A stretch of 64,000 nt of DNA from assembly GCF_045037415.1 (NCBI RefSeq), contig NZ_CP173438.1, one strand, 5' to 3'. The stretch's first letter is position 1. Every line of letters begins with the position of its first letter. Under the pieces are notes generated by a model, which saw only the letters and a list, made by a program, of their open reading frames with translations, was not told the DNA's origin and searched no databases. Below, piece after piece: positions 49,925-61,928 of the stretch. The translations under genes were made by a program, and so were the position numbers. Source of the DNA: Escherichia coli (GTDB lineage: Bacteria > Pseudomonadota > Gammaproteobacteria > Enterobacterales > Enterobacteriaceae).

Positions 49925-50347
49925 ATGAAGCGTTACACACCTGACTTTCCTGAAATGATGCGCCTGTGCGAGATGAACTTTTCACAATTGCGCCGTTTGT
50001 TACCGCGCAATGACGCACCCGGCGAAACTGTAAGCTATCAGGTGGCAAACGCACAATATCGGCTGACGATTGTGGAATCGACCCGATACACTACCCTGGT
50101 GACAATAGAACAGACTGCGCCCGCGATCAGTTACTGGAGCCTTCCGTCAATGACGGTGCGTCTGTATCATGACGCGATGGTGGCTGAAGTGTGTTCAAGC
50201 CAGCAGATTTTTCGCTTCAAAGCGCGGTATGATTATCCTAATAAAAAGTTGCATCAACGCGACGAAAAGCATCAAATTAATCAGTTTTTAGCGGACTGGT
50301 TGCGATACTGTTTAGCACATGGAGCGATGGCGATTCCGGTTTATTAG
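49925..50347 (+). CDS. yqiB: DUF1249 family protein
   Basis: 140 aa ORF immediately following nudF (ATG overlaps the nudF stop). Confidence 0.85.
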
Positions 50348-50371
50348 CGTCGTGAAACCTAAGGACACCAT

Positions 50372-51199
50372 TTGGAAAGCCTGTTAACCCTTCCTCTGGC
50401 TGGTGAGGCCAGAGTCAGGATTTTACAAATTACCGACACTCACCTGTTTGCACAAAAGCACGAAGCCCTGTTAGGGGTAAACACCTGGGAAAGCTACCAG
50501 GCGGTGCTGGAGGCGATTCGGCCACACCAGCACGAATTCGACCTGATTGTCGCGACAGGTGATTTAGCGCAGGATCAATCCTCTGCGGCCTATCAGCATT
50601 TCGCTGAAGGCATCGCAAGTTTTCGTGCGCCCTGCGTCTGGCTGCCGGGCAACCACGATTTCCAGCCCGCGATGTACAGTGCGTTACAGGATGCGGGTAT
50701 CTCCCCGGCGAAGCGGGTGTTTATTGGTGAGCAATGGCAAATCCTGTTGCTGGATAGCCAGGTGTTTGGCGTGCCGCACGGTGAGCTGAGCGAGTTTCAG
50801 CTTGAGTGGCTGGAACGTAAACTGGCCGATGCGCCAGAACGCCATACGTTGCTGCTGCTGCATCATCATCCGCTACCTGCGGGTTGTAGTTGGCTTGATC
50901 AACACAGCCTGCGTAACGCGGGCGAACTGGATACCGTGCTGGCGAAGTTTCCGCACGTCAAATACTTGCTGTGCGGTCATATTCATCAGGAGCTGGATCT
51001 CGACTGGAACGGTCGCCGCCTGCTGGCAACGCCGTCGACCTGTGTGCAGTTTAAGCCGCACTGTTCCAACTTTACGCTGGATACCATCGCGCCCGGCTGG
51101 CGTACTCTTGAGTTACATGCTGATGGCACGCTGACCACCGAGGTGCATCGCCTGGCGGACGCACGCTTCCAACCTGATACCGCTTCAGAAGGCTACTGA
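50372..51199 (+). CDS. cpdA: 3',5'-cyclic AMP phosphodiesterase (calcineurin-like metallophosphoesterase)
   Basis: 275 aa ORF with metallophosphoesterase motifs (ITDTH, GDL, GNHD). Confidence 0.92.
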   Translation: MESLLTLPLAGEARVRILQITDTHLFAQKHEALLGVNTWESYQAVLEAIRPHQHEFDLIVATGDLAQDQSSAAYQHFAEGIASFRAPCVWLPGNHDFQPAMYSALQDAGISPAKRVFIGEQWQILLLDSQVFGVPHGELSEFQLEWLERKLADAPERHTLLLLHHHPLPAGCSWLDQHSLRNAGELDTVLAKFPHVKYLLCGHIHQELDLDWNGRRLLATPSTCVQFKPHCSNFTLDTIAPGWRTLELHADGTLTTEVHRLADARFQPDTASEGY

Positions 51200-51780
51200 T
51201 GTCTACGCTTCTTTATTTACACGGTTTCAACAGCTCGCCGCGCTCTGCAAAAGCGAGCTTGTTAAAAAACTGGCTGGCGGAACATCACCCTGACGTTGAG
51301 ATGATCATTCCGCAGCTGCCGCCGTATCCTTCCGACGCGGCAGAACTGCTGGAATCCATTGTCCTGGAACATGGCGGCGATTCGCTGGGTATTGTCGGTT
51401 CGTCACTGGGGGGATATTACGCCACCTGGTTGTCGCAATGTTTTATGCTGCCCGCAGTGGTGGTCAACCCGGCGGTGCGCCCGTTTGAACTGCTGACGGA
51501 CTATCTCGGTCAGAACGAGAACCCCTACACCGGGCAGCAATATGTGCTAGAGTCACGCCATATTTACGATCTCAAAGTCATGCAGATTGACCCGCTGGAA
51601 GCGCCGGATTTGATCTGGCTGCTGCAACAGACGGGAGATGAAGTGCTGGATTACCGCCAGGCGGTGGCGTACTACGCTTCCTGCCGCCAGACTGTCATAG
51701 AAGGCGGCAACCACGCATTCACGGGCTTCGAAGATTATTTCAACCCGATCGTCGATTTTCTTGGTCTGCACCATCTCTGA
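51199..51780 (+). CDS. yqiA: Alpha/beta hydrolase-fold esterase
   Basis: 193 aa ORF with GSSLGG nucleophile elbow. Confidence 0.9.
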   Translation: MSTLLYLHGFNSSPRSAKASLLKNWLAEHHPDVEMIIPQLPPYPSDAAELLESIVLEHGGDSLGIVGSSLGGYYATWLSQCFMLPAVVVNPAVRPFELLTDYLGQNENPYTGQQYVLESRHIYDLKVMQIDPLEAPDLIWLLQQTGDEVLDYRQAVAYYASCRQTVIEGGNHAFTGFEDYFNPIVDFLGLHHL

Positions 51781-51805
51781 CGATCAACTCGAATTGCTAA
51801 CTTAA

Positions 51806-53701
<1,896 letters not shown>

Positions 53702-53729
53702 TAATCCTCCCGCCAGAAGAATAAAACAT

Positions 53730-53763
53730 AGCCCGGTATACAAGTGTATACCGGGCTTTTTTG
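53730..53763. terminator. Bidirectional terminator between parE and the TonB-dependent receptor gene
   Basis: GCCCGGTATAC-AAGTG-TATACCGGGC hairpin followed by TTTTTT. Confidence 0.7.
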
Positions 53764-53764
53764 A

Positions 53765-55906
53765 TCAAAATTCCATTTTCACCGTGAATTGCACTTCACG
53801 CGGATCGCCAATCTGATTCCCCAGATTATTTGTGGCGATGGAAGAGGTGTAATACGTTTTATCAAACAGGTTTTTGACGTTTAATTGCAGTGTGACCGGA
53901 TACTGCAATTTCATTTTGTATGCGGCGAAGGCATCGGCAACAAAATAGCCTGGCAGATAATAGTCAGCCCCATTGGTTGCCGAACGACGGCTTACACCAT
54001 GTCCACCACCGCCAAATGTCAGCGTATTATTGCCTGGCATGTTATGAATATCATAGGTCAGGAATAGCGAACCGGTATGACGAGGAACATTCGGCAATGG
54101 TTTCCCTGCATAATCAGGATCCTCCAGAACCTTAGCATCGGTATAGCCGTAGCTGGCAATGATATTAATGTTTTCAGTTAATGCTCCCGCAAGGTCGACT
54201 TCTACCCCTCTTGAACGAACACGGCCTGCCGTTTTGGCGATGGTTTCATCACCAATACTTTCGGTATACAACACATTACGTTTATGGATATCAAACAGCG
54301 CAATATCTGCGGTGATACCATCGAATAGCTCGAATTTTGCCCCGACTTCGTAAGCATTAGATGATTCCGGTGGAAGATCGCCAATGTAGCTGGCAATTGA
54401 CGACTGCGGCATAAATGTTTGCGAATAATTGGCAAATAAGGATACCGATGGCGTCAGTTTGTAGACCAACCCCAGTTTGGGAGTCCATTGTTCATCGCGG
54501 CTGTCAGTATTGACATTAAAAGGACGGCCTTTACCCGCATACTGCGTGTAATACTGATAGCGGATCCCGGCGACGGCAATCCAGTTATCGGTCAGATAGA
54601 GTGCGTCCTGTGCATACGCTGAGTAGCTCTCCTGTTTGATCGTCTGATCACTGTCCGACGCCGAAACCGTTGTACATTTGCTGGTATTACCATAAACAGG
54701 GTTGTAAATATTGAAATCTTTAGCTTTTTTACAGCGAATCATATCTGTACGCAGAAGATCATAATATTCATATGACACCCCACCCAGAATCTCATTATAG
54801 AATCCGGCAATATCAACATTCCCTTGCAGATCCGCACGAGTAGCATGCATACGCTGGGTAGAGCCCTGAGTTGCATCAACACGCCGTGTCAGTGTTCCTG
54901 TCGTTGCATCATATGCGGTAACACGCGCCTGATTATCGCTGTATTTATCCTGGCTGTAGCTGTAATCAAAGCGTGCTGTCCACTGGCTATTGAGATGATA
55001 TTCTGCGTTGAGTTGCGCCAGATCGGACTGACCATCTGTAATATTAAACGGTTCGTCAAAACGTATTTTTCGATCAACGTTTACGGGCTGTTTCGTCGTA
55101 AGGTCGAAAATCGTTCCACGATCGAACGGAGTTTTATAGTCCCGATGGGAATAGAGCATGGTTACTGTTGCATTATCACCAAACCATGTGAGTGACGGGG
55201 CAATAAATGTACTGCGCTCTTTACCGAAGTTTCGCCAGTAATCTTCATCCTGCACTTCCCCGGTAAGGCGATACGCCAGCTGAGTGCCTTCAATGGGACC
55301 TGTGATATCAAGTTGCCCAGTGCCGCCACCAAAACTGGAGGAGGTGGCTGAAACCGAACCATGGAATGTTTTTTCCGGGCGCTTGGTCACGACGTTAATC
55401 AGTCCGCCAGGATCGAGAATGCCATACAGCGTGGAGGCCGGGCCTTTTAGCACTTCCACACGTTCTGTGGCGGCGTTGAAACTGCGAGGAAGTACGGTTC
55501 GCAGACCGTTGGTCATGATGGAGCCATCCCGGTTTGCGCCAAACCCACGGCGTACAAAGGCGTCCTGAGTTCCGCCTAATGTATTGGTCTGTACCACGTT
55601 ACTGACGTTATAAAGCGCCTCATCCAGCGTTGTCGCATTCTGGTTTTCCAGAACCTGATCGCTAACCGTATTGACCACCTGCGGGATATCCAGCATCGGC
55701 ATATCGGTTAATGTCGCCGTAGAGGTGCTCAGAGGTTGATAACCATCGGTTGCCTCAGTTGCGGTATTTGCATCTGCTGTAACAGTGATTGTTTCGCCAT
55801 CTTTGGTCGTTACAGAGTCTGTTGCATGAATCATCGGTGCCGCAAAAAGCAGTGAAAAGAGCGCCCGACCTTTGAGTCCTGAGAATGAAGGTGTGAACAT
55901 AGCCAT
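53765..55906 (-). CDS. fitA: TonB-dependent outer membrane siderophore receptor (fit-like)
   Basis: 713 aa ORF with signal peptide, TonB-box-like ETITVTA, plug and 22-strand barrel character, terminal aromatic residue; symbol is a tentative family assignment. Confidence 0.8.
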   Translation of the reverse strand: MAMFTPSFSGLKGRALFSLLFAAPMIHATDSVTTKDGETITVTADANTATEATDGYQPLSTSTATLTDMPMLDIPQVVNTVSDQVLENQNATTLDEALYNVSNVVQTNTLGGTQDAFVRRGFGANRDGSIMTNGLRTVLPRSFNAATERVEVLKGPASTLYGILDPGGLINVVTKRPEKTFHGSVSATSSSFGGGTGQLDITGPIEGTQLAYRLTGEVQDEDYWRNFGKERSTFIAPSLTWFGDNATVTMLYSHRDYKTPFDRGTIFDLTTKQPVNVDRKIRFDEPFNITDGQSDLAQLNAEYHLNSQWTARFDYSYSQDKYSDNQARVTAYDATTGTLTRRVDATQGSTQRMHATRADLQGNVDIAGFYNEILGGVSYEYYDLLRTDMIRCKKAKDFNIYNPVYGNTSKCTTVSASDSDQTIKQESYSAYAQDALYLTDNWIAVAGIRYQYYTQYAGKGRPFNVNTDSRDEQWTPKLGLVYKLTPSVSLFANYSQTFMPQSSIASYIGDLPPESSNAYEVGAKFELFDGITADIALFDIHKRNVLYTESIGDETIAKTAGRVRSRGVEVDLAGALTENINIIASYGYTDAKVLEDPDYAGKPLPNVPRHTGSLFLTYDIHNMPGNNTLTFGGGGHGVSRRSATNGADYYLPGYFVADAFAAYKMKLQYPVTLQLNVKNLFDKTYYTSSIATNNLGNQIGDPREVQFTVKMEF

Positions 55907-56279
55907 TTAGTCTGTTATCCCAAAAACTCGCGGATTGTCGCGAGTGAAAATTGTTTCTTATTGCTCACTAAGCACTATCCGTTTGTTATTTCGCCATCGG
56001 ATATGTAATTGAGAATCATTCAATCACGCAGTAATGTAGTAGTAAATGAGAAATAACAAAAAATTGCTACATGTGTTTTTATGAAAGGTTTATACAATTT
56101 GATTGCTTTTAATTTATTGATATTTAATGTTTTTATTTTTATGTATAAAAATATTTTACCTGTTATTTACCTTGTTTTTGTGTGGCTTTTAACTGCTTGA
56201 CTACTACATTTTGTGGCGTCAAACTCTCAAAGGAGAATGAGTTTTATTTTTGTTTGTCTTTGATTAAGTTGGCGTACAC
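55907..56279. promoter_or_regulatory. AT-rich divergent promoter region of the iron-uptake locus with candidate Fur box
   Basis: Between divergent receptor and ABC transporter genes; AATTGAGAATCATTCAAT resembles the Fur consensus GATAATGATAATCATTATC. Confidence 0.4.
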
Positions 56280-57089
56280 GTGGCACATAACGCAAAAGGG
56301 CAGGGGCTGATCCTCGACAATGTTTCTGCCGGGTATCACAAGAAAATCATTGTTGATGGTGTTTCTTTCTCCGTTCCCACAGAAAAAATGACCGTTCTGG
56401 TTGGGGCAAACGGCTGTGGAAAGTCGACGTTGCTCAGCACCATTGCACGTATCTTGCAACCTATGGGCGGTTCGATATTGCTTGATGGCAAAGCGATTCA
56501 CGAGCAACCAACGAAAGCGTTATCCCGTAGACTTGGGATCTTGCCGCAGTCGCCATTATTGCCGGAGGGCTTAACCGTTTATGAACTGGTGTCGCGTGGG
56601 CGTTTTCCCTGGCAAAATTTCATACGTCAATGGAGCGACGCCGATGAGCAGGCGGTGGAAGAGGCCCTGAAATTAACCGGTACGCAGGAGTTTGCACATT
56701 TACCTGTTGAAAAACTCTCTGGTGGGCAGCGCCAGCGTTGCTGGATTGCGATGGTGTTGGCGCAAAAGACGCCTTATATCCTGCTGGATGAACCCACAAC
56801 CTGGCTTGATTTACGTTATCAGGTTGAAATTCTTGAGTTATTACATGATTTAACGCGTCATCACGGGCGTACAGTCGTCGTGGTGTTGCATGATCTGAAT
56901 TTTGCCGTCAATTATGGCGATACGTTGATATTTTTACGCCAGGGGAAAGTGGTGCGTGTGTTGAATGAGGGGGAGCATTGCACGCCTGAACTGGTAAAAG
57001 CTGTCTTTGACGTTGATGTTCACGCATCAATAAATCCTCTGACGGGAAAGCCGTTCTTCATGCCGTTTCGTGGTGTAGAAAAAGTATGA
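56280..57089 (+). CDS. ABC transporter ATP-binding protein (iron-siderophore type)
   Basis: 269 aa ORF, GTG start, Walker A GANGCGKST, ABC signature LSGGQRQR, Walker B ILLDEP. Confidence 0.85.
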   Translation: MAHNAKGQGLILDNVSAGYHKKIIVDGVSFSVPTEKMTVLVGANGCGKSTLLSTIARILQPMGGSILLDGKAIHEQPTKALSRRLGILPQSPLLPEGLTVYELVSRGRFPWQNFIRQWSDADEQAVEEALKLTGTQEFAHLPVEKLSGGQRQRCWIAMVLAQKTPYILLDEPTTWLDLRYQVEILELLHDLTRHHGRTVVVVLHDLNFAVNYGDTLIFLRQGKVVRVLNEGEHCTPELVKAVFDVDVHASINPLTGKPFFMPFRGVEKV

Positions 57090-58069
57090 TGCGCACAGGG
57101 CTGGTTACTGTAATTTTCCTCGCCTTACTGCTGGTGGGATGCGTGGTATATCCAGGGATTGGTGCCCGATTTATTGCACCACAAACGGTGTTGCAGGCAT
57201 TTCTTCATTTTGATCCGCAAAACTTCGATCACAACGTAATTGTAAGACTCCGTTTGCCGCGTTTAGCGGCAGCATTGCTTACCGGTGCTTCTCTTGGTGT
57301 TGCTGGTGCTTTGTTGCAGGCTGTCATTCGTAACCCATTGGGGGAACCACATATTTTAGGCTTAAATGCCGGAGCCGCTCTTGCTGTCGTTGCCGCCAGT
57401 GCGCTTGGACTGGCCTTTCCGGTTGGACGCCCACTGCTGGCATCTACGGGGGGCGCGTTATTGTTCCTGTTGATATTGCTGCTTTCCTCCGCAGGGCGTT
57501 CAGGGTTAACGCCAATGAAAGTTACTTTATGCGGCGTGGCGCTATCGGCGTTCGTGTCCTCAATAACGGCTGCAATCCTGATTCTTGACGAACAAACACT
57601 GCTGGCGATGCGGACATGGCTAGCAGGTGATTTAGCGGGGCAGGATTGGGCGACGCTGGGTACGTCCGCCTGGTTTTCTCTGGGGGGATTTGTGTTAGCC
57701 CTTTACCTTGCACCCTCCCTTAACATGTTGGCACTGGGCGATCGCATGGCGCAGGGGCTGGGCGTCTCTGTACTCCGCACGCGAACATTCACCCTGCTTG
57801 CGATCGCGTTGCTCTGTGGCGCAGCCGTATCGATTGCTGGCCCCATTGGTTTTGTCGGCCTGCTAGTACCGCAGATTGTCCGGCGTCTGGTATCAGCGGA
57901 TCTGCGCGTTCTGCTCCCTCTTTCAGCTTGTGTCGGCGCGCTTTTGTTATTACTGGCAGATATTATTGCCCGGACGCTTTTCACGCCCCATGAGTTAGCG
58001 ACCGGTGTCATGACGGCGTTAGTTGGTGCGCCTGTTTTTGTCATTATGGCGACGAGGATGTTCAAATGA
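57086..58069 (+). CDS. ABC transporter permease (FecCD family)
   Basis: 327 aa polytopic ORF; 4-nt overlap with the ATPase gene. Confidence 0.85.
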   Translation: MMRTGLVTVIFLALLLVGCVVYPGIGARFIAPQTVLQAFLHFDPQNFDHNVIVRLRLPRLAAALLTGASLGVAGALLQAVIRNPLGEPHILGLNAGAALAVVAASALGLAFPVGRPLLASTGGALLFLLILLLSSAGRSGLTPMKVTLCGVALSAFVSSITAAILILDEQTLLAMRTWLAGDLAGQDWATLGTSAWFSLGGFVLALYLAPSLNMLALGDRMAQGLGVSVLRTRTFTLLAIALLCGAAVSIAGPIGFVGLLVPQIVRRLVSADLRVLLPLSACVGALLLLLADIIARTLFTPHELATGVMTALVGAPVFVIMATRMFK

Positions 58070-59115
58070 GTCGGATAATGAACGTCGGGCTACGCCCACT
58101 ACGTGTTGGTAAGTTTTCGACACTGGTGCGCCCTAAAAATCTGCTGTTGCTTGGTGGGCTGTTCCTGCTTGCGGTTGGAATACTGATATTCGGTCTGATG
58201 CAGGGTTCTTTCTCTGTTCCGGCATCGGAAGTAGGACGAGCGTTGTTTGCTCCAGAAAACGTAAGCACAGACGCACGTTATATTGTGCAGGATATTCGCT
58301 TGCCGAGAGTCATCATGGCATTGCTATGCGGGGCCATGTTAGGTATGGCAGGGGCCGCAATGCAATCCATTGCACGTAACGGCCTTGCCGATCCTGGTTT
58401 AATCGGCGTCAAAGAAGGATGTAGCGTGGCTGTGCTGTGGCTGATTTTCCAGTTTCCAATGCTGGGAATGTTCTGGCGTCCAGTGGCTGGTCTTGCTGGT
58501 GGCCTGTTGGTGGCTTTAATCGTGATTTTTTGTGCGCGCGATATTTCCCGCCCGCGATTTGTTCTGATTGGTATTGGTGTTTCCTGGTTTTTCGCCGCCG
58601 GTATCGGTGTATTTATGACCACTGCAGATGTTCGAGATGTACAAACTGCATTGATGTGGTTATCGGGAAGCCTGCATGCAGCTAACTGGATGTTAGTCGG
58701 TATTTCAGCCTGTTGGATGTTGCCAGCCGCTCTTTTATTGCTGTTCACCGCCAGGACTGCGGATATCGCTCTGCTTGGTCATCAGGTTGCAACCGGGTTA
58801 GGGGTGAATAGTTCTCGTCTGGCGTTGTTACGTGTCGCCGCACCCATAATCCTGACAGCCGTCTGCGTTTCGTGTGTTGGTAACATCGGTTTTGTCGGAT
58901 TGATAGCACCCCATATATCACGTTTTATTCTACGTGGCGGGCAGACGACATTACTGCTGGGGAGCGCGGTATCGGGGGCGTTGTTAGTTATTCTGGCGGA
59001 TAGCATTGGTCGTTTGGCTTTTTTGCCTTTGCAACTGCCTGCCGGAATCATTATCTCACTGATTGGTGGACCATTTTTTTTACTACTGCTCTGGCAGCGC
59101 AGGAACAGTTTTTAA
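58066..59115 (+). CDS. ABC transporter permease (FecCD family)
   Basis: 349 aa polytopic ORF; 4-nt overlap with the preceding permease gene. Confidence 0.85.
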   Translation: MSRIMNVGLRPLRVGKFSTLVRPKNLLLLGGLFLLAVGILIFGLMQGSFSVPASEVGRALFAPENVSTDARYIVQDIRLPRVIMALLCGAMLGMAGAAMQSIARNGLADPGLIGVKEGCSVAVLWLIFQFPMLGMFWRPVAGLAGGLLVALIVIFCARDISRPRFVLIGIGVSWFFAAGIGVFMTTADVRDVQTALMWLSGSLHAANWMLVGISACWMLPAALLLLFTARTADIALLGHQVATGLGVNSSRLALLRVAAPIILTAVCVSCVGNIGFVGLIAPHISRFILRGGQTTLLLGSAVSGALLVILADSIGRLAFLPLQLPAGIIISLIGGPFFLLLLWQRRNSF

Positions 59116-59125
59116 CGGGAGTTAT

Positions 59126-60073
59126 ATGCGTTTATTTTTTTCTCTGCTGATACTGTTGTCATTTTTTTCCCGTGCAACAGAACCTGTTCAGGTATTTACT
59201 GATGATTTAGGGCGCAAAGTCACTGTTCCTGCTCATCCAAAGAGAATTGTCTCTTTACACGATCTTGATATCACTATTCCTCTGATTGAGCTCGGTGTAC
59301 CTCCTGTCGCCAGCCACGGGCGAACTCGGCCTGACGGTAGCCATTTCATTCGATCTGGCGCGTTATTGACAGGTGTCGACTTTGATAATTCATCGATCGC
59401 CTTTATTGGTACCGCTGATATTGATATTGAAGCGATTGTGGCGGCAAAGCCTGACTTGATCATCACAGAACCGACCCGTAATACGCCCATTGAACAACTT
59501 GAAAAAATTGCGCCCACGGTGAGCATTGATCATCTCAAAGGGGGCGCGCCAGAAATCTATCGCAAGCTGGCAGAACTTACAGGAACGCAGTCGCAGCTGG
59601 CGATACTTGAACGCCGCTATCAGGCACAAATCAATGCGCTGAAGGCGACGCTGGACAGCCAAAAAATAACGGTATCGGTGATTCAGGCAAACCAGGGAAA
59701 AATTAATGTGATGCATAGCTATCATTCGCTGGGACGGGTATTACGCGATGCTGGTTTTCGTTTTCCGCCGCTGATTGAGAGCATTCCTGAAGGTGGGCGA
59801 ATGGATGTGAGCGCGGAGCGTTTACCTGAACTGGATGCCGATTTTGTTTTTGCAACCTGGCGCGGTGACACCGGTGGTAAACCTCAGGATGAGCTGGCAG
59901 CAATGGAAAAAGTCATGCCGGGATGGTGTCAGTTTCTGACTGCCTGTCGTTCCGGGCGTTATGTGCTGATTTCTCGTGAAGAGGCAATTTCTAACTCCTT
60001 TGCATCTCTGGGGCTGATGGCTGCGCAGATACAATCACAAATTGCAGGGCGACCTCTACCGGAGGCTAAATGA
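59126..60073 (+). CDS. Periplasmic siderophore-binding protein (class III substrate-binding protein)
   Basis: Track ORF starts at 59063; signal peptide MRLFFSLLILLSFFSRA begins at codon 22, preceded by an SD. Confidence 0.8.
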   Translation: MRLFFSLLILLSFFSRATEPVQVFTDDLGRKVTVPAHPKRIVSLHDLDITIPLIELGVPPVASHGRTRPDGSHFIRSGALLTGVDFDNSSIAFIGTADIDIEAIVAAKPDLIITEPTRNTPIEQLEKIAPTVSIDHLKGGAPEIYRKLAELTGTQSQLAILERRYQAQINALKATLDSQKITVSVIQANQGKINVMHSYHSLGRVLRDAGFRFPPLIESIPEGGRMDVSAERLPELDADFVFATWRGDTGGKPQDELAAMEKVMPGWCQFLTACRSGRYVLISREEAISNSFASLGLMAAQIQSQIAGRPLPEAK

Positions 60074-60957
60074 TCCAGAAAGATAAAGTGCGGGTTGATA
60101 TTTTTGGTGAGCGTTTTCGCACTCGCGCGAGTCAGTTAACGCCTGGGTTAAGAGTTGTCGCCAGCTACATTAATGAGCATCGTGAAGTGGTACTCGAGCA
60201 AACGGCGATGGAAATTGCGGCCACGTTGAACACTTCCGATGCCACAGTTATCAGGGCTATACAGGCCCTGGGGTTTGCCGGGCTGCGTGATCTGAAACGC
60301 ACTCTGGAACAGTGGCTTGGTCCAGCCCTTAGTTCCAGCGAAAAGATGTCTACGACGGTGAGTAACTTGACGAGCGATGTTAACACCGCAATCGACTTTG
60401 TTCTTGAAGGGCATTTGTATACCTGTAATGTCCTGTCAGAGCCTGAAAACCGCCACGCGCTTGCGCAAGCTGTAGCGTTGTTGGTGCAGGCACGGCAAGT
60501 CGCAATTTTTGGCATTGGCGCTTCGGGTATTCTGGCGGACTATACCGCACGACTATTCAACCGCATAGGTTTGCCTGCCACGGCACTAAACCGTACGGGT
60601 ATTGGCCTTGCCGAGCAACTGATCGCGCTTCAACGTGGCGATGTTCTGATCATGATGGCGCAAAAATCTGCGCACCGGGAAGGGCTGACAACGCTTCGTG
60701 AGGCGAGGCGGCTGGGGATCCCTGTTATTTTGCTGACAAACGCGCTGGATTCACGTTTTAGCAAAGACGCCAGTATCGTGATTCATGTTCCGCGCGGGGA
60801 TGAAAAAGGGAAAACGCCGCTACATGGTACGGTATTGTTGTGTCTGGAAATGATTGTCTGGTCGGTAGCTTCCGCAGTGCCGCAGCGTGCGGTTAAAACC
60901 ATTAAGCGAATTAACGATTTCCATCGAGGACTGAAAACGGGAAGAAAGAATGGCTAA
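60070..60957 (+). CDS. fitR: RpiR-family transcriptional regulator (N-terminal HTH plus SIS sugar-phosphate-binding domain)
   Basis: 295 aa ORF; HTH_6-like N-terminus and SIS-type GIGASG fold; start overlaps the binding-protein gene stop; symbol is a tentative family assignment. Confidence 0.8.
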   Translation: MIQKDKVRVDIFGERFRTRASQLTPGLRVVASYINEHREVVLEQTAMEIAATLNTSDATVIRAIQALGFAGLRDLKRTLEQWLGPALSSSEKMSTTVSNLTSDVNTAIDFVLEGHLYTCNVLSEPENRHALAQAVALLVQARQVAIFGIGASGILADYTARLFNRIGLPATALNRTGIGLAEQLIALQRGDVLIMMAQKSAHREGLTTLREARRLGIPVILLTNALDSRFSKDASIVIHVPRGDEKGKTPLHGTVLLCLEMIVWSVASAVPQRAVKTIKRINDFHRGLKTGRKNG

Positions 60958-60967
60958 TCTGGGCTGA

Positions 60968-60995
60968 GACCGGTAGCAGCACCGGCCTCTTTTTA
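60968..60995. terminator. Terminator between the regulator gene and ygiN
   Basis: GACCGGT-AGCAGC-ACCGGCC hairpin followed by TCTTTTT. Confidence 0.55.
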
Positions 60996-61001
60996 GAAAT
61001 G

Positions 61002-61316
61002 TCAAAGCCCCGGCTGCAGGATACGAATATTCATCTCCAGCACGTCACCTTTTACGGCTTCGCTATATGCTTTCATGTGCGGGGTTTGCAGATGCGCTTC
61101 AAGATGCGCGATGCTTTCCCACTGCTCAATCATCACGATAGAATCCGGTGCCATAGACTGGAAACTCACGCCAGCAGCGCAATCCACCATTGGCGCATAG
61201 CCGTGGCAACCTTCTTCTTTCAGTACGGTTGGAACGATTTTAGCAAACTGATCCAACACTGCCTGACGGTGATGTTGACCAGGACGAGTACGAATTTCTG
61301 CGATTACTGTAATCAT
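61002..61316 (-). CDS. ygiN: Quinol monooxygenase (ActVA-Orf6/ABM family)
   Basis: 104 aa ORF MITVIAEIRTRPGQHHRQAVLDQFAKIVPTVLKEEGCHGYAPMVD... Confidence 0.9.
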   Translation of the reverse strand: MITVIAEIRTRPGQHHRQAVLDQFAKIVPTVLKEEGCHGYAPMVDCAAGVSFQSMAPDSIVMIEQWESIAHLEAHLQTPHMKAYSEAVKGDVLEMNIRILQPGL

Positions 61317-61346
61317 GGTTAACTCCTTCTAAAGCCAGAGCTCTAG

Positions 61347-61928
61347 TTAACCAAAAATTTCCACAAGATGCTTGCGATATTCTTCAGTATAGCGGGGAAC
61401 ATCAGGCATTTTTATCACGTCATTAGCGATAAATGTCGGCAGCGGTTCCATGCCAAGGAATTGGTTTGCTTTATGGAACGGCAGGTACACACCGTCAACA
61501 CCAACGCCGTGGAAGAACTGATCTTTTTCGGTGAAGGCTTCCATTGGTGCGTTCCAGGTCAGAGAAAGCATATATTTTTTGCCCTGTACCAGGCCGCCGG
61601 AACCGTATTTTTTTGATGGATCTTTGCGGGTACGACCATCGCTGGCATACAGAGTCCCGTGACCTTCGGTGAATACATCATCAATATATTTTTTCACTGT
61701 CCACGGCGCGCCCATCCACCAGCCAGGCATCTGCCAGATCACCACATCAGCCCAGAGAAAGTTTTGTACTTCCGCTTTGACATCGTAGTCGCTGTCGGCG
61801 CGAACAATGCGGACATCATGCCCGAGGTCGCGCAGTGTGCCATCCGCGACTTCGGTCAGGGTGTCGTTCAGTTGACCATTGGAGTGGGCGAATTTTTTCG
61901 CGCCGTTGATAATCAGGATGTTGCTCAT
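61347..61928 (-). CDS. mdaB: NADPH:quinone oxidoreductase (flavodoxin-like)
   Basis: 193 aa form starting MSNILIINGAKKFAHSNGQLN (codon 53 of the track ORF). Confidence 0.9.
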   Translation of the reverse strand: MSNILIINGAKKFAHSNGQLNDTLTEVADGTLRDLGHDVRIVRADSDYDVKAEVQNFLWADVVIWQMPGWWMGAPWTVKKYIDDVFTEGHGTLYASDGRTRKDPSKKYGSGGLVQGKKYMLSLTWNAPMEAFTEKDQFFHGVGVDGVYLPFHKANQFLGMEPLPTFIANDVIKMPDVPRYTEEYRKHLVEIFG

